A stretch of DNA of 64,000 bases from the human T2T-CHM13v2.0 reference genome, Homo sapiens (GCF_009914755.1 NC_060935.1); one strand, 5' to 3'. Counted from the stretch's first letter, positions 38,317-53,200 are shown. Notes: generated from the letters alone by a model not told the origin. Translations and numbers: made by a program.

Positions 38317-40070
38317 GTGACCGATCATGCACCCCTTACCATCCCATTAAAACCTAATCACTCTTACCCTGCTCAATACCAATATCCCATCCCACAGCAC
38401 TCTTTGAAAGGATTAAAGCCTGTTATCACTTGCCTGTTACAGCATGGCCTTTTAAAGCCTATAAACTCTCCTTACCATTCCCCCATTTTATCCGTCCTAA
38501 AACCAGACAAGGCTTACAGGTTAGTTCAGAATCCGCACCTTATCAACCAAATTGTTTTGCCTATCCACCCTGTGGTGCCAAACCCATATACTCTCCTATC
38601 CTCAATGCCTCCCTCTACAACCCATTATTCTGTTCTGGATCTCAAACATGCTTTCTTTACTATTCCTTTGCACCCTTCATCCCAGCCTCTCTTTGCTTTC
38701 ACTTAGACTGACCCTGACACCCATTAGGCTCAGCAAATTACCTGGGCTGTACTGCCGCAAGGCTTCACAGACAGCCCCCATTACTTCAGTCAAGCCCAAA
38801 TTTCATCCTCATCTGTTACCTATCTTGGCATAATTCTCATAAAAACACACGTGCTCTCCCTGCTGATAGTGTCTGATTAATCTCCCAAACCTCAATCCCT
38901 TCTACAAAACAACAACTCCTTTCCTTCCTAGTCATGGTTAGTGCAGTCAGAATTCTTACACAAGAGCCAGGACCGCATCCTATAGCCTTTCTGTCCAAAC
39001 AACTTGCCCTTACGTTTTAGCCTAGCCCTCATGTCTGCGTGCAGCGGCTGCCGCTGCTTTAATAATTTTAGAGGCCCTAAAAATCACAAACTATGCTTAG
39101 CTCACTCTTCACATTTCTCATAACTTCTAAAATCTATTTTCTTCCTCATACCTGATGCATATACTTTCTGATCCCCCAGCTCCTTCAGCTGTACTCACTC
39201 TATGTTAAGTCCCACAATTACCATTGTTCCTGGCCCGGACTTCAATCCGGCCTCCCACATTATTCCTGATACCACACCTGACCCCCATGACTGTATGTCT
39301 CTGATCCACCTGACATTCACCCCATTTCCCCATATTTCCTTCTTTCCTGTTCCTCACCCTGATCACGCTTGATTTATTGATGGCAGCTCCACCAGGCTTA
39401 ATCGCCACACACCAGCAAAGGCAGGCTATGCTATAGAACAAGCCACCAGCCCGCCTCTTAGAACCTCTCATTTCCTTTCCATCGTGGAAATCTATCCTCA
39501 AGGAAATAACTTCTCAGTGTTCCATCTGCTATTCTGCTACTCCTCAGGGATCATTCAGGCCCCCTCCCTTCCCTACACATCAAGCTCGAGGATTTGCCCC
39601 CACCCAGGACTGGCAAATTAGCTTTACTCAACATGCCCTGAGTCAGATAACTAAAATACCTCTTAGTCTAGGTAGACACTTTCACTGGATAGGTACAGGC
39701 CTTTCCTACAAGGTCTGAGAAGGCCACCGCAGTCATTTCTTCCCTTCTGTCAGACATAATTCCTCAGTTTAGCCTTCCCACCTCTATACAGTCTGAAAAC
39801 AGACCAGCCTTTACTAGTCAAATCAGCCAAGCAGTTTTTCAGGCTCTTAGTATTCAGTGAAACCTTTATATCCCTTACGGTCCTCTGTCTTCAGGAAAAG
39901 TAGAACGGACTAAAGGTCTTTTAAAAACACACCTCATCAAGCTCAGCCACCAACTTAAAAAGGACTGGATAATACTTCTACCACTTTCCCTTCTCAGAAG
40001 TCAGACGTGTCCTCAGAATGCTACAAGATACAGCCCATTTGAGCTCCTGTATAGACGCTCCTTTTTATTA
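38317..40070 (+). pseudogene. HERV-H pol remnants (RT, part of RNase H, integrase), many stops and deletions
   Basis: YRLVQ, VPNPYTLL, VLDLKHAFFTIPLH, LPQGFTDSP motifs; VDTFTG integrase motif near 39672. Confidence 0.9.
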
Positions 40071-40688
40071 GGCCCCAGTCTAATTCCAGACACCAGACCA
40101 ACTTAGACTGTGCCCCAAAAGAACTTGTCATCCCTACTATCTTCTGTCTAGTCATACTCCTATTCACCATTCTCAACTACTCATACATGTCCTGCTCTTG
40201 TTTACACTGCCGGTTTACACTGTTTCTCCAAGCCATCACAGCTGATATCTCCTGGTGCTATCCCCAAACTGCCACTCTAAACTCTTGAAGTAAATAAATA
40301 ATCTTTGCTGGCAGGACTATGTTGAATCTCCTTAGGCACTCTCTAATCAGATGTCCTAGGTCCTCCCAATTCTTAGACCTTTTATACCTGTTTTTCTCCT
40401 TCTCTTATTCCATTTAGTTTTTCAATTCATACAAAGCCATATCCAGGCCATCACCAATAATTCTACACGACAAATGTTTCTTCTAACAACCCCACAATAT
40501 CACCCCTTACCACAAAATCTTCGTTCAGCTTAATCTCTCCCACTCGAGGTTCCCACGCTGCCCCTAATCAAAGCAGCCCTGAGAAACATCGCCCATTATC
40601 TCTCCACACCACCCCCAAAAATTTTCACCGTCCCAACACTTTACCACTATTTCATTTTATTTTTCTTATTAATATAAGAAGACAGGAA

Positions 40689-41099
40689 TGTCAGGCCTCT
40701 GAGCCGAAGCTAAGCCATCATGTCCCCTGTGACCTGCACGTACACATCCAGATGGCCGGTTCCTGCCTTAACTGATGACATTCCACCACAAAAGAAGTGA
40801 AAATGGCCGGTTCCTGCCTTAACTGATGACATTGTCTTGTGAAATTCCTTCTCCTGGCTCATCCTGGCTCAAAAGCTCCTCTACTGCGCACCTTGTGACC
40901 CCCACTCTGACTGCCAGAGAACAACCCCCCTTTGACTGTAATTTTCCTTTATCTACCCAAATCCTGTAAAACGGACCCACCCTTATCTCCCTTCGCTGAC
41001 TCTCTTTTCGGACTCAGTCCACCTGCACTCAGGTGATTAAAAGCTTTATTGCTCACACAAAGCCTGTTTGGTGGTCTCTTCACACGGACGCGCATGAAA
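40689..41099 (+). mobile_element. 3' LTR7 (411 bp)
   Basis: Same termini; extra 51-bp U3 segment between 31-bp direct repeats (40752-40782, 40803-40833); ATTAAA at 41036. Confidence 0.95.
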
Positions 41100-41124
41100 A
41101 GAGGAGCTTCGTATTTTTTTTAAA

Positions 41125-41213
41125 TCTACTCCGCTTCTCCTCTGTGTTTCTAGTTTAAAGAATGGAAACCTGGGTGTCATCCTTGATTTTTCCCTCTCTC
41201 ACGTCCCCTATAG
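41125..41213 (+). mobile_element. Old LINE-2 fragment running into the VNTR and resuming after 62188
   Basis: AAACCTGGGTGTCATCCTTGATTTTTCCCTCTCTC resembles the L2 consensus AAACCTGGGAGTCATCCTTGACTCCTCCCTCTCC. Confidence 0.65.
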
Positions 41214-44200
41214 CCCATCAGACATCAAGTCTTGTAAATTCCACCTCCTACCTCTGTCTATCCTCACTGCCATTCTCCCATCAGACATCAAGTCTTGTAA
41301 ATTCCACCTCCTACCTCTGTCTATCCTCACTGCCATTCTCCCATCAGACATCAAGTATTGTAAATTCCACCTCCTACCTCTGTCTATCCTCACTGCCATT
41401 CTCCCATCAGACATCAAGTCTTGTAAATTCCACCTCCTACCTCTGTCTGTCCTCACTGCCATTCTCCCATCAGACATCAAGTCTTGTAAATTCCACCTCC
41501 TACCTCTGTCTGTCCTCACTGCCATTCTCCCATCAGACATCAAGTCTTGTAAATTCCACCTCCTACCTCTGTCTATCCTCACTGCCATTCTCCCATCAGA
41601 CATCAAGCCTTATAAATTCCACCTCCTACCTCTGTCTGTCCTCACTGCCATTCTCCCATCAGACATCAAGTCTTGTAAATTCCACCTCCTACCTCTGTCT
41701 ATCCTCACTGCCATTCTCCCATCAGACATCAAGTCTTGTAAATTCCACCTCCTACCTCTGTCTGTACTCACTGCCATTCTCCCATCAGACATCAAGTCTT
41801 GTAAATTCCACCTCCTACCTCTGTCTGTACTCACTGCCATTCTCCCATCAGACATCAAGTCTTGTAAATTCCAACTCCTACCTCTGTCTCTCCTCACTGC
41901 CATTCTCCCATCAGACATCAAGTCTTGTAAATTCCACCTCCTACCTCTGTCTATCCTCACTGCCATTCTCCCATCAGACATCAAGTCTTGTAAATTCCAC
42001 CTCCTACCTCTGTCTATCCTCACTGCCATTCTCCCATCAGACATCAAGTCTTGTAAATTCCACCTCCTACCTCTGTCTATCCTCACTGCCATTCTCCCAT
42101 CTGACATCAAGTCTTGTAAATTCCACCTCCTACCTCTGTCTGTCCTCACTGCCATTCTCCCATCAGACATCAAGTCTTGTAAATTCCACCTCCTACCTCT
42201 GTCTGTCCTCACTGCCATTCTCCCATCAGATATCAAGTCTTGTAAATTCCACCTCCTACCTCTGTCTATCCTCACTGCCATTCTCCCATCAGACATCAAG
42301 TCTTGTAAATTCCACCTCCTACCTCTGTCTATCCTCACTGCCATTCTCCAATCAGACATCAAGTCTTGTAAATTCCACCTCCTACCTCTGTCTATCCTCA
42401 TTGCCATTCTCCCATCAGACATCAAGTCTTGTAAATTCCACCTCCTACCTCTGTCTATCCTCACTGCCATTCTCCCATCAGACATCAAGTCTTGTAAATT
42501 CCACCTCCTACCTCTGTCTATCCTCACTGCCATTCTCCCATCAGACATCAAGTCTTGTAAATTCCACCTCCTACCTCTGTCTATCCTCACTGCCATTCTC
42601 CCATCAGACATCAAGTCTTGTAAATTCCACCTCCTACCTCTGTCTGTCCTCACTGCCATTCTCGCATCAGACATCAAGTCTTGTAAATTCCACCTCCTAC
42701 CTCTGTCTGTCCTCACTGCCATTCTCCCATCAGACATCAAGTCTTCTAAATTCCACCTCCTACCTCTGTCTGTCCTCACTGCCATTCTCCCATCAGACAT
42801 CAAGTCTTGTAAATTCCACCTCCTACCTCTGTCTATCCTCACTGCCATTCTCCCATCAGACATCAAGTCTTGTAAATTCCACCTCCTACCTCTGTCTATC
42901 CTCACTGCCATTCTCCCATCAGACATCAAGTCTTGTAAATTCCACCTCCTACCTCTGTCTATCCTCACTGCCATTCTCCCATCAGACATCAAGTCTTGTA
43001 AATTCCACCTCCTACCTCTGTCTGTCCTCACTGCCATTCTCCCATCAGACATCAAGTCTTGTAAATTCCACCTCCTACCTCTGTCTACCCTCACTGCCAT
43101 TCTCCCATCAGACATCAAGTCTTGTAAATTCCACCTCCTACCTCTGTCTCTCCTCACTGCCATTCTCCCATCAGACATCAAGTCTTGTAAATTCCACCTC
43201 CTACCTCTGTCTATCCTCACTGCCATTCTCCCATCAGACATCAAGTCTTGTAAATTCCACCTCCTACCTCTGTCTGTCCTCACTGCCATTCTCCCATAAG
43301 ACATCAAGTCTTGTAAATTCCGCCTCCTACCTCTGTCTATCCTCACTGCCATTCTCCCATCAGACATCAAGTCTTGTAAATTCCACCTCCTACCTCTGTC
43401 TATCCTCACTGCCATTCTCCCATCAGACATCAAGTCTTGTAAATTCCACCTCCTACCTCTGTCTATCCTCACTGCCATTCTCCCATCAGACATCAAGTCT
43501 TGTAAATTCCACCTCCTACCTCTGTCTATCCTCACTGCCATTCTCCCATCAGACATCAAGTCTTGTAAATTCCACCTCCTACCTCTGTCTGTACTCACTG
43601 CCATTCTCCCATCAGACATCAAGTCTTGTAAATTCCACCTCCTACCTCTGTCTGTACTCACTGCCATTCTCCCATCAGACATCAAGTCTTGTAAATTCCA
43701 ACTCCTACCTCTGTCTATCCTCACTGCCATTCTCCCATCAGACATCAAGTCTTGTAAATTCCACCTCCTACCTCTGTCTATCCTCACTGCCATTCTCCCA
43801 TCTGACATCAAGTCTTGTAAATTCCACCTCCTACCTCTGTCTGTCCTCACTGCCATTCTCCCATCAGACATCAAGTCTTGTAAATTCCATCTCCTACCTC
43901 TGTCTGTCCTCACTGCCATTCTCCCATCAGACATCAAGTCTTGTAAATTCCACCTCCTACCTCTGTCTATCCTCACTGCCATTCTCCCATCAGACATCAA
44001 GTCTTGTAAATTCCACCTCCTACCTCTGTCTATCCTAACTGCCATTCTCCCATCAGACATCAAGTCTTGTAAATTCCACCTCCTACCTCTGTCTATCCTC
44101 ACTGCCATTCTCCCATCAGACATCAAGTCTTGTAAATTCCACCTCCTACCTCTGTCTATCCTCACTGCCATTCTCCCATCAGACATCAAGTCTTGTAAAT

Positions 44201-47200
44201 TCCACCTCCTACCTCTGTCTATCCTCACTGCCATTCTCCCATCAGACATCAAGTCTTGTAAATTCCACCTCCTACCTCTGTCTATCCTCACTGCCATTCT
44301 CCCATCAGACATCAAGTCTTGTAAATTCCACCTCCTACCTCTGTCTGTCCTCACTGCCATTCTCGCATCAGACATCAAGTCTTGTAAATTCCACCTCCTA
44401 CCTCTGTCTGTCCTCACTGCCATTCTCCCATCAGACATCAAGTCTTCTAAATTACACCTCCTACCTCTGTCTGTCCTCACTGCCATTCTCCCATCAGACA
44501 TCAAGTCTTGTAAATTCCACCTCCTACCTCTGTCTATCCTCACTGCCATTCTCCCATCAGACATAAAGTCTTGTAAATTCCACCTCCTACCTCTGTCTAT
44601 CCTCACTGCCATTCTCCCATCAGACATCAAGTCTTGTAAATTCCACCTCCTACCTCTGTCTATCCTCACTGCCATTCTCCCATCAGACATCAAGTCTTGT
44701 AAATTCCACCTCCTACCTCTGTCTGTCCTCACTGCCATTCTCCCATCAGACATCAAGTCTTGTAAATTCCACCTCCTACCTCTGTCTATCCTCACTGCCA
44801 TTCTCCCATCAGACATCAAGTCTTGTAAATTCCACCTCCTACCTCTGTCTCTCCTCACTGCCATTCTCCCATCAGACATCAAGTCTTGTAAATTCCACCT
44901 CCTACCTCTGTCTATCCTCACTGCCATTCTCCCATCAGACATCAAGTCTTGTAAATTCCACCTCCTACCTCTGTCTGTCCTCACTGCCATTCTCCCATCA
45001 GACATCAAGTCTTGTAAATTCCGCCTCCTACCTCTGTCTATCCTCACTGCCATTCTCCCATCAGACATCAAGTCTTGTAAATTCCACCTCCTACCTCTGT
45101 CTATCCTCACTGCCATTCTCCCATCAGACATCAAGTCTTGTAAATTCCACCTCCTACCTCTGTCTGTCCTCACTGCCATTCTCCCATCAGACATCAAGTC
45201 TTGTAAATTCCACCTCCTACCTCTGTCTATCCTCACTGCCATTCTCCCATCAGACATCAAGTCTTGTAAATTCCACCTCCTACCTCTGTCTGTCCTCACT
45301 GCCATTCTCCCATCAGACATCAAGTCTTGTAAATTCCACCTCCTACCTCTGTCTATCCTCACTGCCATTCTCCCATCAGACATCAAGTCTTGTAAATTCC
45401 ACCTCCTACCTCTGTCTATCCTCACTGCCATTCTCCCATCAAACATCAAGTCTTGTAAATTCCACCTCCTACCTCTGTCTGTCCTCACTGCCATTCTCCC
45501 ATCAAACATCAAGTCTTGTAAATTCCACCTCCTACCTCTGTCTGTCCTCACTGCCATTCTCCCATCAGACATCAAGTCCTGTAAATTCCACCTCCTCCCT
45601 CTGTCTGTCCTCACTGCCATTCTCCCATCAGACATCAAGTCTTGTAAATTCCACCTCCTCCCTCTGTCTGTCCTCACTGCCATTCTCCCATCAGACATCA
45701 AGTCTTGTAAATTCCACCTCCTACCTCTGTCTATCCTCACTGCCATTCTCCCATCAGACATCAAGTCTTGTAAATTCCACCTCCTACCTCTGTCTATCCT
45801 CACTGCCATTCTCCCATCAGACATCAAGTCTTGTAAATTCCACCTCCTACCTCTGTCTATCCTCACTGCCATTCTCCCATCAGACATCAAGTCTTGTAAA
45901 TTCCACCTCCTACCTCTGTCTATCCTCACTGCCATTCTCCCATCAGACATCAAGTCTTGTAAATTCCACCTCCTACCTCTGTCTGTCCTCACTGCCATTC
46001 TCCCATCAGACATCAAGTCTTGTAAATTCCACCTCCTACCTCTGTCTGTCCTCACTGCCATTCTCCCATCAGACATCAAGTCTTGTAAATTCCACCTCCT
46101 ACCTCTGTCTGTCCTCACTGCCATTCTCCCATCAGACATCAAGTCTTGTAAATTCCACCTCCTACCTCTGTCTGTCCTCACTGCCATTCTCCCATCAGAC
46201 ATCAAGTCTTGTAAATTCCACCTCCTACCTCTGACTATCCTCACTGCCATTCTCCCATCAGACATCAAGTCTTGTAAATTCCACCTCCTACCTCTGTCTA
46301 TCCTCACTGCCATTCTCCCATCAGACATCAAGTCTTGTAAATTCCACCTCCTACCTCTGACTATCCTCACTGCCATTCTCCCATCAGACATCAAGTCTTG
46401 TAAATACCACCTCCTACCTCTGTCTGTCCTCACTGCCATTCTCCCATCAGACATCAAGTCTTGTAAATTCCACCTCCTACCTCTGTCTATCCTCACTGCC
46501 GTTCTCCCATCAGACATCAAGTCTTGTAAATTCCACCTCCTACCTCTGTCTGTCCTCACTGCCGTTCTCCCATCAGACATCAAGTCTTGCAAATTCCACC
46601 TCCTACCTCTGTCTGTCCTCACTGCCATTCTCCCATCAGACATCAAGTCTTGTAAATTCCACCTCCTACCTCTGTCTGTCCTCACTGCCATTCTCCCATC
46701 AGACATCAAGTCTTGTAAATTCCACCTCCTACCTCTGTCTGTACTCACTGCCATTCTCCCATCAGACATCAAGTCTTGTAAATTCCACCTCCTACCTCTG
46801 TCTATCCTCACTGCCATTCTCCCATCAGACATCAAGTCTTGTAAATTCCACCTCCTACCTCTGTCTATCCTCACTGCCGTTCTCCCATCAGACATCAAGC
46901 CTTGTAAATTCCACCTCCTACCTCTGTCTATCCTCACTGCCGTTCTCCCATCAGATATCAAGTCTTGTAAATTCCACCTCCTACCTCTGTCTGTCCTCAC
47001 TGCCATTCTCCCATCAGACATCAAGTCTTGTAAATTCCACCTCCTACCTCTGTCTATCCTCACTGCCATTCTCCCATCAGACATCAAGTCTTGTAAATTC
47101 CACCTCCTACCTCTGTCTATCATCACTGCCATTCTCCCATCAGACATCAAGTCTTGTAAATTCCACCTCCTACCTCTGTCTATCATCACTGCCATTCTCC

Positions 47201-50200
47201 CATCAGACATCAAGTCTTGTAAATTCCACCTCCTACCTCTGTCTGTCCTCACTGCCATTCTCCCATCAGACATCAAGTCTTGTAAATTCCACCTCCTACC
47301 TCTCTCTGTCCTCACTGCCATTCTCCCATCAGACATCAAGTCTTGTAAATTCCACCTCCTACCTCTGTCTATCCTCACTGCCATTCTCCCATCAGACATC
47401 AAGTCTTGTAAATTCCACCTCCTACCTCTGTCTATCCTCACTGCCATTCTCCCATCAGACATCAAGTCTTGTAAATTCCACCTCCTACCTCTGTCTGTCC
47501 TCACTGCCATTCTCCCATCAGACATCAAGTCTTGTAAATTCCACCTCCTACCTCTGTCTGTCCTCACTGCCATTCTCCCATCAGACATCAAGTCTTGTAA
47601 ATTCCACCTCCTACCTCTGTCTGTCCTCACTGCCATTCTCCAATCAGACATCAAGTCTTGTAAATTCCACCTCCTACCTCTCTCTAGCCTCACTGCCATT
47701 CTCCCATCAGACATCAAGTCTTTTAAATTCCACCTCCTACCTCTGTCTGTCCTCACTGCCATTCTCCCATCAGACATCAAGTCTTGTAAATTCCACCTCC
47801 TACCTCTGTCTGTCCTCACTGCCATTCTCCCATCAGACATCAAGTCTTGTAAATTCCACCTCCTACCTCTGTCTGTCCTCACTGCCATTCTCCCATCAGA
47901 CATCAAGTCTTATAAATTCCACCTCCTACCTCTGTCTATCCTCACTACCATTCTCCCATCAGACATCAAGTCTTGTAAATTCCACCTCCTACCTCTGTCT
48001 ATCCTCACGGCCATTCTCCCATCAGACATCAAGTCTTGTATATTCCACCTCCTACCTCTGTCTATCCTCACTGCCATTCCCCAATCGACATCAAGTCTTG
48101 TAAATTCCACCTCCTACCTCTGTCTGTCCTCACTGCCATTCTCCCATCAGACATCAAGTCTTGTAAATTCCACCTCCTACCTCTGTCTATCCTCACTGCC
48201 GTTCTCCCATCAGACATCAAGTCTTGTAAATTCCACCTCCTACCTCTGTCTATCCTCACTGCCGTTCTCCCATCAGACATCAAGTCTTGTAAATTCCACC
48301 TCCTACCTCTGTCTGTCCTCACTGCCGTTCTCCCATCAGACATCAAGTCTTGTAAATTCCACCTCCTACCTCTGTCTGTCCTCACTGCCATTCTCCCATC
48401 AGACATCAAGTCTTGTAAATTCCACCTCCTACCTCTGTCTGTCCTCACTGCCATTCTCCCATCAGACATCAAGTCTTGTAAATTCCACCTCCTACCTCTG
48501 TCTATCCTCACTGCCATTCTCCCATCAGACATCAAATCTTGTAAATTCCACCTCCTACCTCTGTCTATCATCACTGCCATTCTCCCATCAGACATCAAGT
48601 CTTGTAAATTCCACCTCCTACCTCTGTCTATCATCACTGCCATTCTCCCATCAGACATCAAGTCTTGTAAATTCCACCTCCTACCTCTGTCTGTCCTCAC
48701 TGCCATTCTCCGATCAGACATCAAGTCTTGTAAATTCCACCTCTTACCTCTGTCTGTCCAAACTGCCATTCTCCCATCAGACATCAAGTCTTGTAAATTC
48801 CACCTCCTACCTCTGTCTGTCCTCACTGCCATTCTCCCATCAGACGTCAAGTCTTGTAAATTCCACCTCCTACCTCTCTCTATCCTCACTGCCATTCTCC
48901 CATCAGACATCAAGTCTTGTAAATTCCACCTCCTACCTCTGTCTATCCTCACTGCCATTCTCCCACCAGACATCAAGTCTTGTAAATTGCACCTCCTACG
49001 TCTGTCTATCCTCACTGCCATTCTCCCATCAGACATCAAGTCTTGTAAATTCCACCTCCTACCTCTGTCTATCCTCACTGCCGTTCTCCCATCAGACATC
49101 AAGTCTTGTAAATTCCACCTCCTAGCTCTGTCTATCCTCACTGCCGTTCTCCCATCAGACATCAAGCCTTGTAAATTCCACCTCCTACCTCTGACTATCC
49201 TCACTGCCATTCTCCCATCAGACATCAAGTCTTGTAAATTCCACCTCCTACCTCTATCTATCCTCACTGCCATTCTCCCATCAGACATCAAGTCTTGTAA
49301 ATTCCACCTCCTACCTCTGACTATCCTCACTGCCATTCTCCCATCAGACATCAAGTCTTGTAAATACCACCTCCTACCTCTGTCTGTCCTCACTGCCATT
49401 CTCCCATCAGACATCAAGTCTTGTAAATTCCACCTCCTACCTCTGTCTATCCTCACTGCCGTTCTCCCATCAGACATCAAGTCTTGTAAATTCCACCTCC
49501 TACCTCTGTCTGTCCTCACTGCCGTTCTCCCATCAGACATCAAGTCTTGCAAATTCCACCTCCTACCTCTGTCTGTCCTCACTGCCATTCTCCCATCAGA
49601 CATCAAGTCTTGTAAATTCCACCTCCTACCTCTGTCTGTCCTCACTGCCATTCTCCCATCAGACATCAAGTCTTGTAAATTCCACCTCCTACCTCTGTCT
49701 GTACTCACTGCCATTCTCCCATCAGACATCAAGTCTTGTAAATTCCACCTCCTACCTCTGTCTATCCTCACTGCCATTCTCCCATCAGACATCAAGTCTT
49801 GTAAATTCCACCTCCTACCTCTGTCTATCCTCACTGCCGTTCTCCCATCAGACATCAAGTCTTGTAAATTCCACCTCCTACCTCTGTCTATCCTCACTGC
49901 CGTTCTCCCATCAGATATCAAGTCTTGTAAATTCCACCTCCTACCTCTGTCTGTCCTCACTGCCATTCTCCCATCAGACATCAAGTCTTGTAAATTCCAC
50001 CTCCTACCTCTGTCTATCCTCACTGCCATTCTCCCATCAGACATCAAGTCCTGTAAATTCCACCTCCTACCTCTGTCTATCATCACTGCCATTCTCCCAT
50101 CAGACATCAAGTCTTGTAAATTCCACCTCCTACCTCTGTCTATCATCACTGCCATTCTCCCATCAGACATCAAGTCTTGTAAATTCCACCTCCTACCTCT

Positions 50201-53200
50201 GTCTATCCTCACTGCCATTCTCCCATCAGACATCAAGTCTTGTAAATTCCACCTCCTACCTCTCTCTGTCCTCACTGCCATTCTCCCATCAGACATCAAG
50301 TCTTGTAAATTCCACCTCCTACCTCTGTCTATCCTCACTGCCATTCTCCCATCAGACATCAAGTCTTGTAAATTCCACCTCCTACCTCTGTCTATCCTCA
50401 CTGCCATTCTCCCATCACACATCAAGTCTTGTAAATTCCACCTCCTACCTCTGTCTGTCCTCACTGCCATTCTCCCATCAGACATCAAGTCTTGTAAATT
50501 CCACCTCCTACCTCTGTCTGTCCTCACTGCCATTCTCCCATCAGACATCAAGTCTTGTAAATTCCACCTCCTACCTCTCTCTGTCCTCACTGCCATTCTC
50601 CCATCAGACATCAAGTCTTGTAAATTCCACCTCCTACCTCTCTCTATCCTCACTGCCATTCTCCCATCAGACATCAAGTCTTTTAAATTCCACCTCCTAC
50701 CTCTGTCTGTCCTCACTGCCATTCTCCCATCAGACATCAAGTCTTGTAAATTCCACCTCCTACCTCTGTCTGTCCTCACTGCCATTCTCCCATCAGACAT
50801 CAAGTCTTGTAAATTCCACCTCCTACCTCTGTCTGTCCTCACTGCCATTCTCCCATCAGACATCAAGTCTTATAAATTCCACCTCCTACCTCTGTCTATC
50901 CTCACTACCATTCTCCCATCAGACATCAAGTCTTGTAAATTCCACCTCCTACCTCTGTCTATCCTCACGGCCATTCTCCCATCAGACATCAAGTCTTGTA
51001 TATTCCACCTCCTACCTCTGTCTATCCTCACTGCCATTCTCCAATCGACATCAAGTCTTGTAAATTCCACCTCCTACCTCTGTCTGTCCTCACTGCCATT
51101 CTCCCATCAGACATCAAGTCTTATAAATTCCACCTCCTACCTCTGTCTATCCTCACTGCCGTTCTCCCATCAGACATCAAGTCTTGTAAATTCCACCTCC
51201 TACCTCTGTCTATCCTCACTGCCGTTCTCCCATCAGACATCAAGTCTTGTAAATTCCACCTCCTACCTCTGTCTGTCCTCACTGCCGTTCTCCCATCAGA
51301 CATCAAGTCTTGTAAATTCCACCTCCTACCTCTGTCTGTCCTCACTGCCATTCTCCCATCAGACATCAAGTCTTGTAAATTCCACCTCCTACCTCTGTCT
51401 GTCCTCACTGCCATTCTCCCATCAGACATCAAGTCTTGTAAATTCCACCTCCTACCTCTGTCTATCCTCACTGCCATTCTCCCATCAGACATCAAATCTT
51501 GTAAATTCCACCTCCTACCTCTGTCTATCATCACTGCCATTCTCCCATCAGACATCAAGTCTTGTAAATTCCACCTCCTACCTCTGTCTATCATCACTGC
51601 CATTCTCCCATCAGACATCAAGTCTTGTAAATTCCACCTCCTACCTCTGTCTGTCCTCACTGCCATTCTCCGATCAGACATCAAGTCTTGTAAATTCCAC
51701 CTCCTACCTCTGTCTGTCCAAACTGCCATTCTCCCATCAGACATCAAGTCTTGTAAATTCCACCTCCTACCTCTGTCTGTCCTCACTGCCATTCTCCCAT
51801 CAGACGTCAAGTCTTGTAAATTCCACCTCCTACCTCTCTCTATCCTCACTGCCATTCTCCCATCAGACATCAAGTCTTGTAAATTCCACCTCCTACCTCT
51901 GTCTATCCTCACTGCCATTCTCCCACCAGACATCAAGTCTTGTAAATTCCACCTCCTACGTCTGTCTATCCTCACTGCCATTCTCCCATCAGACATCAAG
52001 TCTTGTAAATTCCACCTCCTACCTCTGTCTATCCTCACTGCCGTTCTCCCATCAGACATCAAGTCTTGTAAATTCCACCTCCTACCTCTGTCTATCCTCA
52101 CTGCCGTTCTCCCATCAGACATCAAGCCTTGTAAATTCCACCTCCTACCTCTGTCTATCCTCACTGCCGTTCTCCCATCAGACATCAAGTCTTGTAAATT
52201 CCACCTCCTACCTCTGTCTATCCTCACTGCCATTCTCCCATCAGACATCAAGTCTTGTAAATTCCACCTCCTACCTCTGTCTGTCCTCACTGCCATTCTC
52301 CCATCAGACATCAAGTCTTGTAAATTCCACCTCCTACCTCTGTCTGTCCTCACTGCCATTCTCCCATCAGACATCAAGTCTTGTAAATTCCACCTCCTAC
52401 CTCTGTCTGTCCTCACTGCCATTCTCCCATCAGACATCAAGTCTTGTAAATTCCACCTCCTACCTCTGTCTGTCCTCACTGCCATTCTCCCATCAGACAT
52501 CAAGTCTTGTAAATTCCACCTCCTACCTCTGTCTGTCCTCACTGCCATTCTCCCATCAGACATCAAGTCTTGTAAATTCCACCTCCTACCTCTGTCTATC
52601 CTCACTGCCATTCTCCCATCAGACATCAAGTCTTGTAAATTCCACCTCCTACCTCTGGCTATCCTAACTGCCATTCTCCCATCAGACATCAAGTCTTGTA
52701 AATTCCACCTCCTACCTCTGTCTATCCTCACTGCCATTCTCCCATCAGACATCAAGTCTTGTAAATTCCACCTCCTACCTCTGTCTATCCTCACTGCCAT
52801 TCTCCCATCAGACATCAAGTCTTGTAAATTCCACCTCCTACCTCTGTCTGTCCTCACTGCCATTCTCCCATCAGACATCAAGTCTTGTAAATTCCACCTC
52901 CTACCTCTGTCTATCCTCACTGCCATTCTCCCATCAGACATCAAGTCTTGTAAATTCCACCTCCTACCTCTGTCTGTCCTCACTGCCATTCTCCCATCAG
53001 ACATCAAGTCTTGTAAATTCCACCTCCTACCTCTGTCTATCCTCACTGCCATTCTCCCATCAGACATCAAGTCTTTTAAATTCCACCTCCTACCTCTGTC
53101 TGTCCTCACTGCCATTCTCCCATCAGACATCAAGTCTTGTAAATTCCACCTCCTACCTCTGTCTGTCCTCACTGCCATTCTCCCATCAGACATCAAGTCT

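Larger units (their letters stand above)
35405..41099 (+). mobile_element. HERV-H provirus (5695 bp, common internally deleted type; degenerate gag/pro/pol, env mostly absent)
   Basis: Two LTRs; TSD AGAGG (35400-35404 and 41100-41104); tRNA-His-like PBS TGGTGCCCTGACTCAGAT at 35767-35784; PPT at 40676-40688; Gag CCHC knuckle, RT and integrase remnants. Confidence 0.97.

Noticed and set aside
35698-39501. Functional HERV-H gag/pol proteins
   Set aside because: Many in-frame stops, RT catalytic YxDD region deleted, protease active site degenerate
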